Shown here: positions 6,548-16,060 of the stretch, piece after piece
Numbering within the stretch: position 1 is the stretch's first letter
Layout of the letters: every line of letters starts with the position of its first letter
DNA from: an uncultured Eubacterium sp.
GTDB lineage: Bacteria; Bacillota; Clostridia; Lachnospirales; Lachnospiraceae
Assembly (NCBI GenBank): GCA_905236735.1
Contig: CAJOOU010000050.1
Span: 1 to 42,461, forward strand
Length of the DNA: 42,461 bases
Direction of reading: 5' to 3'
The notes under the pieces: generated by a model
The model's database searches: none
The model's input: only the letters and a program-made list of their open reading frames with translations
Told to the model about the DNA's origin: nothing
Program-made: the position numbers and the translations under genes

Positions 6548-9427
6548 TTAATCAGTAACCGTTGATGAACCGCCGGAATCCTGAATTGATTCAGAAATAG
6601 ATTCAAGGTCGTCAAGGTTAAAGAAGTATTCAATAATATGTGATGTCGCTTCTGCTGCATTGCCCGAAGAATATCCGTAAGGTATTCGTGTGGCAATGGC
6701 AACAGTAGGAGAATCATACGGAGCATAGCAGACAAAGAGAGCGTGGTTGGCTCTGGTCTTTTTCTCCTGCGCCGTACCGGTTTTTCCGGCCACTTCTATA
6801 TCAATATCATCAAAGCTGTCAAGATTATCAACAACCATTTTCATGCCGGAATGTATGGCATTCCATGTGGAATCCGAAACGCTGTCAAGCTCGTTATAAA
6901 CCTCTGATTCAAACTGCGAAAGTATATTTCCGTCAGAGTCCGTAACCTTTGATATAAGCGACAGATTATAGCAAATGCCGCTGTTTGCGACAGTTGCTAT
7001 ATATCTGGCAATCTGAGAGGTTGTATAGTTGTTTGTACCCTGCCCTATTGCACTTCGTACAGCATCCGAATCAGATATTTCAGGTTCCGATTCGGGGATT
7101 TCAATACCGGTTGTTGTATTAAGTCCGTACATCTCGGCGTATTTTTCGAGAATCTCAAGACCTGTATCGTCATCATAACTGCCTTCGGATGTTGCCATCC
7201 TGTATCCGCATTCATAGAAGAAATAGTTACATGAGTCTCTGATGGCCTGGGATACATTAATACTGCCGTGGGTGCTTGACGGATAAATCCAGCACTTAGG
7301 ACTTAGGGCTACCTTATCAAAAACGCCAAGGTCTGTTATCTTCTCTCCGGCCGTTATCAGTCCTTCGGTAAGGGCCGCAGTTGCCGTAAGCGGTTTAAAG
7401 GTAGAACCCGGAGCCGTCTTTTGCTGCGTTGCATAGTTTAAAAGCGGATATGAAAGGTCGTTGGTAAGTGAAGCATAATATGTCGCATCAACCGAATTTG
7501 CGAGTTTGTTATTGTCATATCCGGGATATGTTACGCAGGCAAGCACTTCTCCCGAATTCGGATCAACTATTACGCTCGATGCATTACACGGGTCAAGGGC
7601 AAGCTGTGCCGGAGTAATTTCCAGGTTTTTAATTTTTGATTTAATAAAATCATAGGCAGATATGCTGCCTGATTTGAGATTTGCAGCCTCGGAGCCGGAG
7701 TCTTCAAGTACTCCCTGTTCATACAGGATGAGGCAAACCTGTTTTCCGCTCAAATCTCCGTCCGATATCATATACTGATAAATGAGTTTATGGAAGTCCG
7801 TGTCGGTAAGCATCTCATCCTTGATATAGTCTATAAGGGCGTTGTAAAGTTCTGACATATCGGCATATTTTTCATCAAGTGTAACCTGGGTTGTGTCTAT
7901 ATTGTTGCAAGAAATAAGATACTCAAGGTATTCCTTTAATGAGCACTCTCCGTCTTTCCACGCTGTATATTCATCACTTGATGTATCAATAGCGCTTTTA
8001 TCAACTATTGATTCGTCATAGAGATAAGACATAATATAGTTCTCATAGTCCTTCATCTCATCTGTCAGGTCGTTATATATTGTCGCATCAGAAGAAGAAA
8101 GCTGTTTGCTTAGTTTGTTTATGACGGTTTCTTCGCGTGTAAGGTATTTTTTATATACCGCTTTTTCCGTATCACCCGCATCATCATCGGCAAATGCCTC
8201 TATATCTATGACGCTGTTATTTATAAGGGCAAAATATACATCGGTAATCGGGATGATAATATCACTTGATGAACTGACATTTGATGAGTTAAACGAGCTG
8301 ACATTCTTTATTTTTGAATAAAGAATACTTGCGAGCTCCTGTTCAAGCAAATCATAAACCGCAATCTGAAGATCCATATCAATTGTAAGATATACATCAT
8401 TTCCGGCCTGTGAATCCGTAACCGATGCAATGTCTACAACAGTGCCGACATTATCAACATAAAGCTCCATGCTTCCCTTTACACCCTGGAGCGTTGTTTC
8501 CATATATTCTTCTATACCGCTCTTTCCGACCATATCGGTTAGCGAGTAGTCATCTCTTTCCTCAGAAAGTTCTTCGTATTCTTCGTCGGATATAGTGCCT
8601 GTATATCCGATAATATGAGCAAAGTATTTACTGTTGTTATATACTCTGACGGTACTTTCGTTAATCTCAACTCCGGCAATATCATCGGAGTTTTCTTCTA
8701 TCATAGCCACCGTTTCTTCACTGACATTGGATGCCACTGTGGTTTCTATATATTTCTGATACGCATTTGTCGACATGGCATACCGCACATTGAGGATTTT
8801 AAGAGCATCCTCGTCGGAATAAAAAGTAACTGAGGACTCATCCTTTATGGTGTAGCTGTCTTTGTACGAAGTCAGGTAAATGGTATATTTGTCACAGAGA
8901 TATTTAAAAAGCTGCTCGGCTGTTGCCGTAGCCTCATCATATCCGAGTTTTGAGTTGTATCCGAGATCGTCTATTTTCGACTCACCGTATACATCTGCCT
9001 TAAAACGGCTGAGAGTCGTACCGCTTACCGTATAATCTATATTTCCTTCGTCATCAAATTCAAGGTAGAGTGATGTTTCGAGCTCATCCCCGCATTTTTC
9101 AACTATTTTAATGATTTCGTAGACCTTTGAATTCATTACACTGTCTGTGGTATATTCTCCGGTATCTTCAAAATCCACATCATAGGAAAGCTCGTCATAG
9201 GCGAGCAGGTTTCCATTGCGGTCGTAAATGCTTCCTCTCGTGGCAGCTATACTTTTTTCTTTTAAGATACTCATTGTGTAATCTTCAAGATACTCCGTGC
9301 CGTGAAGTATCTGGAGATAATATATTCTGCAGACAAGTATCAGGCAAAATAAAATGAGTACCGTTGTTACAATGGCTATACGGGAATGTCTGTATTTGTC
9401 CCATATGCCTGAAATTATTCTAAACAA
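6548..9427 (-). CDS. mrdA: Class B penicillin-binding protein 2 (elongasome transpeptidase) with large insertions
   Basis: It has an N-terminal TM anchor, RGSIYDRNGNLLA, HIIGYTG, and the transpeptidase motifs STFK, SCN and KTGTA. The only in-frame start ahead of the TM anchor is TTG at 9427. At 959 aa it is far longer than a typical PBP2. Confidence 0.88.
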   Translation of the reverse strand: MFRIISGIWDKYRHSRIAIVTTVLILFCLILVCRIYYLQILHGTEYLEDYTMSILKEKSIAATRGSIYDRNGNLLAYDELSYDVDFEDTGEYTTDSVMNSKVYEIIKIVEKCGDELETSLYLEFDDEGNIDYTVSGTTLSRFKADVYGESKIDDLGYNSKLGYDEATATAEQLFKYLCDKYTIYLTSYKDSYTIKDESSVTFYSDEDALKILNVRYAMSTNAYQKYIETTVASNVSEETVAMIEENSDDIAGVEINESTVRVYNNSKYFAHIIGYTGTISDEEYEELSEERDDYSLTDMVGKSGIEEYMETTLQGVKGSMELYVDNVGTVVDIASVTDSQAGNDVYLTIDMDLQIAVYDLLEQELASILYSKIKNVSSFNSSNVSSSSDIIIPITDVYFALINNSVIDIEAFADDDAGDTEKAVYKKYLTREETVINKLSKQLSSSDATIYNDLTDEMKDYENYIMSYLYDESIVDKSAIDTSSDEYTAWKDGECSLKEYLEYLISCNNIDTTQVTLDEKYADMSELYNALIDYIKDEMLTDTDFHKLIYQYMISDGDLSGKQVCLILYEQGVLEDSGSEAANLKSGSISAYDFIKSKIKNLEITPAQLALDPCNASSVIVDPNSGEVLACVTYPGYDNNKLANSVDATYYASLTNDLSYPLLNYATQQKTAPGSTFKPLTATAALTEGLITAGEKITDLGVFDKVALSPKCWIYPSSTHGSINVSQAIRDSCNYFFYECGYRMATSEGSYDDDTGLEILEKYAEMYGLNTTTGIEIPESEPEISDSDAVRSAIGQGTNNYTTSQIARYIATVANSGICYNLSLISKVTDSDGNILSQFESEVYNELDSVSDSTWNAIHSGMKMVVDNLDSFDDIDIEVAGKTGTAQEKKTRANHALFVCYAPYDSPTVAIATRIPYGYSSGNAAEATSHIIEYFFNLDDLESISESIQDSGGSSTVTD

Positions 9428-9938
9428 ATTTTCTCGCGCTCCTGTTAGCTCTTTTGGTTAGTTTATTGTCTATAACAAGTATTAACGGAAACAATAGCAA
9501 CATAACAAGAAGTGTATAAACGGCTTCCGGTGCAATAACATGCAGAAAATACTTTCCGAATCCCACATCTCCTCTCATAAAGAAAAATGTAAGATATACT
9601 AAAATATTGTAGAATATATCAGCTATACCAAATATAATAATCGGCATTCTTATGTTGTCCGGGAAAAATCCCTTATTCATAAATCCGCTTATATATCCTG
9701 CAAGCATATATAAAATCGCATAATATCCTATGGCGAAACCAAAGAATGCATCTACAATAAGTCCGCACACAATTCCTATAACAATACCGTGGTTTTTTCC
9801 GTGCATAATACCATATGCACAGGTAAGGCCAAGCATCAGATTTGGTGTCACATCAAACAGGTTAATCATCGGAAAAACACTTATCTGCAGCAAGGCAAAT
9901 ATAAAAACCAAAAATGCCATATATAATTTATGAGCCAT
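9420..9938 (-). CDS. mreD: Rod shape-determining protein MreD
   Basis: 172 aa and very hydrophobic, with about five helices. It lies immediately after mreC (stop and start abut) and overlaps pbp2 by 8 nt. Confidence 0.8.
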   Translation of the reverse strand: MAHKLYMAFLVFIFALLQISVFPMINLFDVTPNLMLGLTCAYGIMHGKNHGIVIGIVCGLIVDAFFGFAIGYYAILYMLAGYISGFMNKGFFPDNIRMPIIIFGIADIFYNILVYLTFFFMRGDVGFGKYFLHVIAPEAVYTLLVMLLLFPLILVIDNKLTKRANRSARKFV

Positions 9939-10817
9939 TTATTCTCCCTCTGTCACTTCACTGTCTTCTTTAAGATCAAGGATAACAAGCACCTCCTGCA
10001 GATGTTCGAAATCCACGCATGGCGTAATTGTACCCGACTTGGTAAGCTCATTTGCGTCAAGTGAGATATCGTTTATATATCCTATGAGCAGCCCCGGAAG
10101 ATACTTGTCACTGATAAATGATGTTGTAATCGCTGCACCTGCAGTTACTTCATCATCAGAATCCCTCAGGTTTGAAAAGCTGATAACATTGTTTTCGGTC
10201 ATCGAGTTAAGCGAGCCTTTTACAATGAGATTATCAGATGTATTTACAACCATGGCACTGACAGATGAGGTATCGTCAATAATTGACCTTACTGTTGCGT
10301 TATGCAATCCTACCTTTGTGACTATGCCTACAAGACCGCTGCCGGCTATTACATTCATATTTACGCTGATACCGTCTGCCGACCCTTTGTTAATGGTAAA
10401 GCTGTTAAACCAGTTGCCCGAATCTTTACCTGTGACATAAGCTCCGATTTTTTCGTAATCGGAATACTCGTTATCAAGCTCGTAAAGTTCCTTTAAGGTA
10501 TCGAGTTCGTAAACCTTAAGTACAAGCTCGTTATTTTCTATGGTGAGCTCATCTACCTGAGCCTGAAGAGCCTCATTTTCTTCAATAAGCTTCTGTTTGG
10601 AAGTAAAGTTTTCGGTAAAATCGAAAAGCCCGGATCCGACCCTGTTGATTCCTTTTTGGAAAGGAGTGAAAACAACATCGGCAACCACCGAAAACGGCAT
10701 GCTGGCCGTGTTAAAAGCCGTAGTTGTCACAATGAGCACAAGGCAGATGCAAATAGCAAAAAAAACAATATATCCGCTTGATATTCTCTGTTTGTTTTTC
10801 TTTTTTTTCTTCATCAT
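9939..10817 (-). CDS. mreC: Rod shape-determining protein MreC
   Basis: It has a basic N-terminus, one TM helix, a coiled coil (LIEENEALQAQVDELTIENNEL), and a beta-rich C-terminal domain (GLVGIVTKV...). It lies between mreB and mreD. Confidence 0.85.
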   Translation of the reverse strand: MMKKKKKNKQRISSGYIVFFAICICLVLIVTTTAFNTASMPFSVVADVVFTPFQKGINRVGSGLFDFTENFTSKQKLIEENEALQAQVDELTIENNELVLKVYELDTLKELYELDNEYSDYEKIGAYVTGKDSGNWFNSFTINKGSADGISVNMNVIAGSGLVGIVTKVGLHNATVRSIIDDTSSVSAMVVNTSDNLIVKGSLNSMTENNVISFSNLRDSDDEVTAGAAITTSFISDKYLPGLLIGYINDISLDANELTKSGTITPCVDFEHLQEVLVILDLKEDSEVTEGE

Positions 10818-10832
10818 GATATCCTACCTGTT

Positions 10833-11852
10833 TTAATGCTTTGAGGCTTTTCCACCCATTGTATATGCAAGGCTGTTAAGCTCGCGGTCGGATGCAATTT
10901 TTTCAAGTCCTATTGCAACATTTTCTATAGGTGTGTTGCTGAGTTTTACCTCGAGTTCTGTTTCTCTTGAAAAAAGTACATCTATGTTTTTTATCTGTGA
11001 AACGCCACCGGTAAGGTAGATACCGTTTTCGATAATATCGCTTGTAAGTTCCGGCGGGGTTCTCTCAAGGATAAATTTGAGCGATTCGCAGATGGAAACA
11101 AGGTTGTCCTTAATAGCATTATAAACAAGCTCTGAACTGATTTCTATTGTAGTCGGAAATCCTGTAATCATATTTCGTCCCACAACCTTCATTGAAGCTT
11201 CTTCAATATCTGTTGCGTACCCGATTTCCGAAAGAAGCTTTCCTGCTGTCTTTACGCCTATGAGAAGGCTGTGCTCTTTTTTTACTGCAGCAATAATATT
11301 TTCGCACATTTTATTGCCGCCTACTTTAATGAGCTGACTTAAAACAATACCGCCGAGAGACAGAACCGATACCTCTGTTGTGTCCGCTCCAAGATCCACA
11401 ACAAACATTCCCGTAGCCGTATTGATCGGAAGATCGAGTCCTATAGCTGCAGCTATGGGCTTTTCACAGACCATAATGCTGCCGAACTTTATTTTGCTGC
11501 TTGATACCAGGTCAAAGTACGCTCTTTTTTCCACTTCTGTAATGTCTGTAGGTACGGCTATAAGTATATTGGCTCCTTTGAGTTTGTTACTGAAATACTT
11601 TGTGAGGAGGTTCACCATTATCTCCCTCATATTCTTATAGTCGGCGATTACACCGTCTTTTATCGGAAATGTAACCGTAATATTATCAGGAACTTTCTCA
11701 TACATATCATATGCATCATCTCCGAAAGAATATAATTTAACCTCGTTTTCGAGAGCGATTACATTTTTTTCGCAGTATATTTGTTTATTTGGTGCCGCAC
11801 AAATCTTGACATTTGTAGTACCTAAATCAATTCCGAGTATTGTGCCTTTCAT
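10833..11852 (-). CDS. mreB: MreB-family actin-like protein (divergent)
   Basis: MreB-like segments include GIDLGTTN, PIKDGVIADY, AVPTDITEVEKRA, VVDLGADTTEVSVLSLGGIV, LLIGVKTA and TPPEL...IYLTGG. A GGAAGGAG RBS precedes ATG 11852. Confidence 0.8.
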   Translation of the reverse strand: MKGTILGIDLGTTNVKICAAPNKQIYCEKNVIALENEVKLYSFGDDAYDMYEKVPDNITVTFPIKDGVIADYKNMREIMVNLLTKYFSNKLKGANILIAVPTDITEVEKRAYFDLVSSSKIKFGSIMVCEKPIAAAIGLDLPINTATGMFVVDLGADTTEVSVLSLGGIVLSQLIKVGGNKMCENIIAAVKKEHSLLIGVKTAGKLLSEIGYATDIEEASMKVVGRNMITGFPTTIEISSELVYNAIKDNLVSICESLKFILERTPPELTSDIIENGIYLTGGVSQIKNIDVLFSRETELEVKLSNTPIENVAIGLEKIASDRELNSLAYTMGGKASKH

Positions 11853-11928
11853 AAGGACTCCTTCCGTATAATTGCTTAATTTTCGGTGGGTAAAGCATCT
11901 ACCCAACTAAATTATTTTACCACAATAT

Positions 11929-13203
11929 TTAAAGTTTAGCCACTCCGCTCTCAATTATCTTTTGGAGAGACATCATTATACCCAGTTTAGCGTGGGGATA
12001 GGTCAGTCCGCCCTGAAAATAAACAGCATAAGGAGGGGCAATAGGTCCGTCGGCGCTAAGTTCAATCGACGAGCCCTGAACAAAGGCTCCGGCTGCCATT
12101 ATAACCTTGCTGTCGTATCCCGGCATATCCCATGGTTCAGGAACAACATGTCCGTCTACAGGGGCGGCTGCCTGGATGCCCCTGCAAAAAGCTTCAACTC
12201 CCTCTCTTGTACCGAAGGTAACTGCCTGGATAATATCCGCTCTTTTTTCACTACCGCCGGGAACAACGCTAAAACCGAGATTTTCATATATATTTGCAGC
12301 AAGAATAGCACCTTTCAAGGCCGATGCCGTAACTACGGGAGAAAGGAAAAGTCCCTGATAGAAACTTCTCATTACTCCTAGAGAAGCGCCCACTTCCTTA
12401 CCGAGTCCCGGAGATGTGAGTCTGTATGCGGCATTTTCAACGCATTCTTTTGTCCCACATATATAACCGCCTATGGGAGCAAGTCCGCCGCCGGGGTTTT
12501 TAATAAGAGAGCCCACTATCATATCCGCGCCTTTTTCCGAAGGCTCTTTAAGCTGTACGAATTCGCCGTAGCAGTTGTCAACCATAACAATGACTTCGGG
12601 CTTTATTTTTTTAACAAAGTTTATAAGCTCACCTATCTTTTCAACAGTAAAAGAAGGCCTTGTCTGATAGCCCTTAGAACGCTGTATTGTTATAAGTTTT
12701 GTTTTTTTGTTAATGGATTTGGCTATGTTCTCATAATCAAAACTTCCGTCCGGCAAAAGGTCGGTCTGTCTGTAGGTAATGCCGTATTCGGCAAGAGAGC
12801 CTTTTGAAGGGCGGATGCCTATTACTTCTTCCAAGGTATCATAAGGCTTACCCGCCGGTGAATAAAGCTCATCTCCCGGTCTTAAATTTGACATAAGTGC
12901 AAGCGCAAGCGCATGGGTGCCGCAGGTAATCTGAGGTCTGACAAGGGCGCTTTCGGTTTTAAATACATCCGCATAAACCTTTTCCAGAGTATCCCTTCCG
13001 AAATCATCATATCCATATCCCGAGCTTTGTCCGAAGCATTCGGCGCTTACCTTGTTATCCTGCATTGCCTTTATTACCTTAAGCTGGTTGATTTCGGCAA
13101 CCTTATCTATATCATTAAATCTGTTTTTTAGTTTTTCTTCGATGTTTACGGCATAATCGTATACTTTGGAACTTATGCCGAACCCTTCATAAATTTCTTT
13201 CAT
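11929..13203 (-). CDS. ynbB: PLP-dependent YnbB family protein (methionine gamma-lyase-like, also annotated aluminium resistance protein)
   Basis: 424 aa. The N-terminal region (AEINQLKVIKAMQDNKVSAECF..SGYGYDDFGRDTLE) and the overall layout match COG4100/YnbB proteins as I remember them. Confidence 0.75.
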   Translation of the reverse strand: MKEIYEGFGISSKVYDYAVNIEEKLKNRFNDIDKVAEINQLKVIKAMQDNKVSAECFGQSSGYGYDDFGRDTLEKVYADVFKTESALVRPQITCGTHALALALMSNLRPGDELYSPAGKPYDTLEEVIGIRPSKGSLAEYGITYRQTDLLPDGSFDYENIAKSINKKTKLITIQRSKGYQTRPSFTVEKIGELINFVKKIKPEVIVMVDNCYGEFVQLKEPSEKGADMIVGSLIKNPGGGLAPIGGYICGTKECVENAAYRLTSPGLGKEVGASLGVMRSFYQGLFLSPVVTASALKGAILAANIYENLGFSVVPGGSEKRADIIQAVTFGTREGVEAFCRGIQAAAPVDGHVVPEPWDMPGYDSKVIMAAGAFVQGSSIELSADGPIAPPYAVYFQGGLTYPHAKLGIMMSLQKIIESGVAKL

Positions 13204-14141
13204 TTTATTCCTTTCGTTTCAAGTATATCTGTTATATGTTTAAGTATTTTATCGTCATCCCTGTCAAAATCAGCCTTGTTTATAAAAACAGCCTCATCTT
13301 CCCTTCTGAACCATGTAAGCTGTCTTTTGGCAAAATGCCTTGTATTTTTTTTGATTTCATCTATAGCATCTTCTTTAGTTATTTCTCCGCTAAGATAAGA
13401 ATATATCTCCTTATATCCGATTCCCTGCATACTGTTATATTCGCGCAAAACACCCATTTCCTTAAGTTTTAAAACCTCGTCAACAAGGCCGTTTTCCACC
13501 ATAATATCAACTCTTTTTTCTATCCTTTTATACAGCTCATCTCTTTCGTCCGTGATAACAAAATAGGCGAGATTGTATGGACTGTTACGGGTTTTTTGCG
13601 CTTCGTTGTGCTCGGATATTCTGCTTCCGTTTTTATGATAAAACTCTATGGCTCTTATGACTCTTTTTACATTGTTTTCGTGTATCTGACGGGACGCGGC
13701 GGGATCTATTTCGCACAGCCTTTCCCAGAGAGATTTGTTGCCGTGCGTTTTAGCGTACTTTTCAAGTTCTTTTCTCAGGGAAAAATCCGCATCCTCTCCT
13801 TCAAATTCAACATCTTTTGTAACGGTCTGTATATAAAATGCCGTACCTCCGACAATAACAGGTATCTGACCGTTGGCATAGATTTCTTCCATGGCATCTT
13901 TGGCCATTTTCTGAAAGGTAAAAGCGTCAAACGGCTCATCGGGCATAAGCTCATCTACCAGATAATGCTTAACACCCTGCATCTCATCCGGCATAATTTT
14001 GGCAGAACCAATGTCCAGATATTTATATACCTGAATTGAGTCGGCACTTATAACAGCCCCGTTTATTTTCTTTGCAAGCTTTATCGACAAATCTGTTTTT
14101 CCGGCAGCGGTAGGACCGGTTAATACTATCAGCGGTTTCAT
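13200..14141 (-). CDS. miaA: tRNA dimethylallyltransferase
   Basis: It has the P-loop GPTAAGKT and segments DSIQVYKYLDIGSAK and GGTAFY. The stop overlaps the ynbB start (ATGA). Confidence 0.92.
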   Translation of the reverse strand: MKPLIVLTGPTAAGKTDLSIKLAKKINGAVISADSIQVYKYLDIGSAKIMPDEMQGVKHYLVDELMPDEPFDAFTFQKMAKDAMEEIYANGQIPVIVGGTAFYIQTVTKDVEFEGEDADFSLRKELEKYAKTHGNKSLWERLCEIDPAASRQIHENNVKRVIRAIEFYHKNGSRISEHNEAQKTRNSPYNLAYFVITDERDELYKRIEKRVDIMVENGLVDEVLKLKEMGVLREYNSMQGIGYKEIYSYLSGEITKEDAIDEIKKNTRHFAKRQLTWFRREDEAVFINKADFDRDDDKILKHITDILETKGIK

Positions 14142-14167
14142 ACAATTATCCTTTTTAAATACTGAGA

Positions 14168-16060
14168 TTAAACAATGCGCTTAAACATCTTTTCTATTTC
14201 CCCGACACTTAAAGAAATCATGGTTGGACGACCGTGCGGGCAGTGATACGGGGCCTTAGCGTTAAAAAGTTCTTTCAAAAGTTCCTCCGCTTCCGCAAAA
14301 GAAAGTCTGTCGTGACCTTTAACGCTCGCCTTGCAGGCTGCGGTTGCTATCTTATGCAAAAACATATCTGGCTCCGGCTCTATTCTCACGGAACCGGAGA
14401 ATTCATCAACAAGCGAATGAAAGAATTCTTTTTCGTTCATTCCGTAAAGGTCTGTAGGTACCGAAGATAAAGAATACTCCTTTCCGCCGAAATAATCAAT
14501 CTCAAATCCGTACATTTCAAAAAGTGATTTAAAGCTTGTTACCAGCTCCTCCTCTTCGGGACTTAAGGTTATTATTATAGGCGGCATAATTCTTTGTGAT
14601 GAAAAGGTTTTGCTTTGGAAGCGTTTTACAAATCTCTCATAATTTACCTTTTCATGAGCGGCATGCTGGTCGACAATATACATTTTTTTGTTGTATTCCA
14701 TAATCCAATAGGTGTCAAAGACCTGGCCTATCAGTTTAAAGTAATGCTTTTCGGTTTCTTTTGTTATAAAGCTTTCCTGTACAAATTCGGCAGCTTTGGG
14801 TCTTTCTTTTGGCGAAACATCCCAGGCGTTGTTTTTGGTATTGGTTATCTCGGGAGATGTTACCGGCGCAGCCTCCGTTATGTGCAGGGGCTCTTTAATG
14901 ACAGTATGATCTTCGGCCGCACTTTGAGTCATTTCCTTAACTTTTTCCAAAAGAGTGTTTTCAAAAGGCTCTGCTGCAAACTTTTCCGGAGGGGTTTGGG
15001 GTAAAAGTTCCGGAGGAGCCTGTTTAACATCGGTTTGGAATTTTTCTTTTTTATCAAGAGGAATTTCCGGTATGAAACTCTTTGGCGCGAGAGTTTCTTC
15101 TATTGCCTCTCTTATAAAATCATAAACTCCTCTTTCATCATTAAATCTGACTTCAGCCTTGGCGGGATGTACATTTACATCCAGACTGCGGGATTCTATT
15201 TCTATAAAAAACAGGGTAAACGGAAACTGGTGCTGCATCATATAATGCTTGTAGCCGTCCTCTATGGCCTTGTTTATGGTTTTATCCTTTACGAATCTGC
15301 CATTTACATAGTAGTTTTCGTAATTTCTGTTTCCACGGGATATCACCGGCTTGCCTATATATCCCCTTATGCTTAACCCTTCTTTAACCTTGTTTATCTC
15401 TACAATATTTCTGACTATGTCCATGCCGTAAATCTGATAAAGCACATCTGTCAAAGAACCGTTACCCGAGGTTTGGAGCTTTATGTTACCATTAATTTTA
15501 TAACTGAAAGATATTTCCGGATGAGAAAGAGCCATATGCTCAATCAGCGATGAAATATAACTCCCTTCGGTCTGAGGTGTCTTTAAAAATTTCTGCCTTG
15601 CAGGTGTGTTAAAAAATATATCTTTGATAATTATTGTTGTTCCGTCAGGTATCCCGACACTGTCAAAAGCCTTTTCCGCTCCGCCCTCTATTACATATCT
15701 TGTGCCGACCATGTCAGCCTTTGGCTTGGTTAAAAGTTCAACCCTTGCTATTGCCGAGATACTTGAAAGAGCTTCACCTCTAAAGCCGAGCGAAGTTATT
15801 GTTTCAAGGTCGCTTATTGTACGGATTTTACTTGTGGCATGCCGCAAGAATGCCTTTCTTACTTCGTCTTTTTCAATGCCGCAACCATTGTCCGTAATAC
15901 GCAAAAATGAAATGCCTCCGTCTTTTATTTCCACCGAGATTGCGGTGGCTTTGGCATCGATGGCATTTTCAATCAGCTCTTTGGCTACCGAAGAAGGGCG
16001 TTCAACCACTTCTCCGGCTGCAATTTTATCTATTGTGTTTTTATCCAGTAAAAAAATCAT
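14168..16060 (-). CDS. mutL: DNA mismatch repair endonuclease MutL
   Basis: It has the GHKL ATPase N-terminus (IAAGEVVERPSSVAKELIENAIDA) and the C-terminal endonuclease motif DQHAAHEKVNYE. It overlaps the mutS stop by 4 nt. Confidence 0.93.
   Translation of the reverse strand: MIFLLDKNTIDKIAAGEVVERPSSVAKELIENAIDAKATAISVEIKDGGISFLRITDNGCGIEKDEVRKAFLRHATSKIRTISDLETITSLGFRGEALSSISAIARVELLTKPKADMVGTRYVIEGGAEKAFDSVGIPDGTTIIIKDIFFNTPARQKFLKTPQTEGSYISSLIEHMALSHPEISFSYKINGNIKLQTSGNGSLTDVLYQIYGMDIVRNIVEINKVKEGLSIRGYIGKPVISRGNRNYENYYVNGRFVKDKTINKAIEDGYKHYMMQHQFPFTLFFIEIESRSLDVNVHPAKAEVRFNDERGVYDFIREAIEETLAPKSFIPEIPLDKKEKFQTDVKQAPPELLPQTPPEKFAAEPFENTLLEKVKEMTQSAAEDHTVIKEPLHITEAAPVTSPEITNTKNNAWDVSPKERPKAAEFVQESFITKETEKHYFKLIGQVFDTYWIMEYNKKMYIVDQHAAHEKVNYERFVKRFQSKTFSSQRIMPPIIITLSPEEEELVTSFKSLFEMYGFEIDYFGGKEYSLSSVPTDLYGMNEKEFFHSLVDEFSGSVRIEPEPDMFLHKIATAACKASVKGHDRLSFAEAEELLKELFNAKAPYHCPHGRPTMISLSVGEIEKMFKRIV

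Noticed and set aside
6532-6735. 5' extensions of the ORFs for rodA (to 6735), the COG2509 flavoprotein (to 20471), sepF (to 3398), yebC (to 39739), ftsK (to 39060), mreB (to 11906) and rluD (to 1220)
   Set aside because: The extensions overlap the preceding well-supported genes and lack homology-like sequence. Downstream in-frame starts with good RBSs give canonical N-termini.
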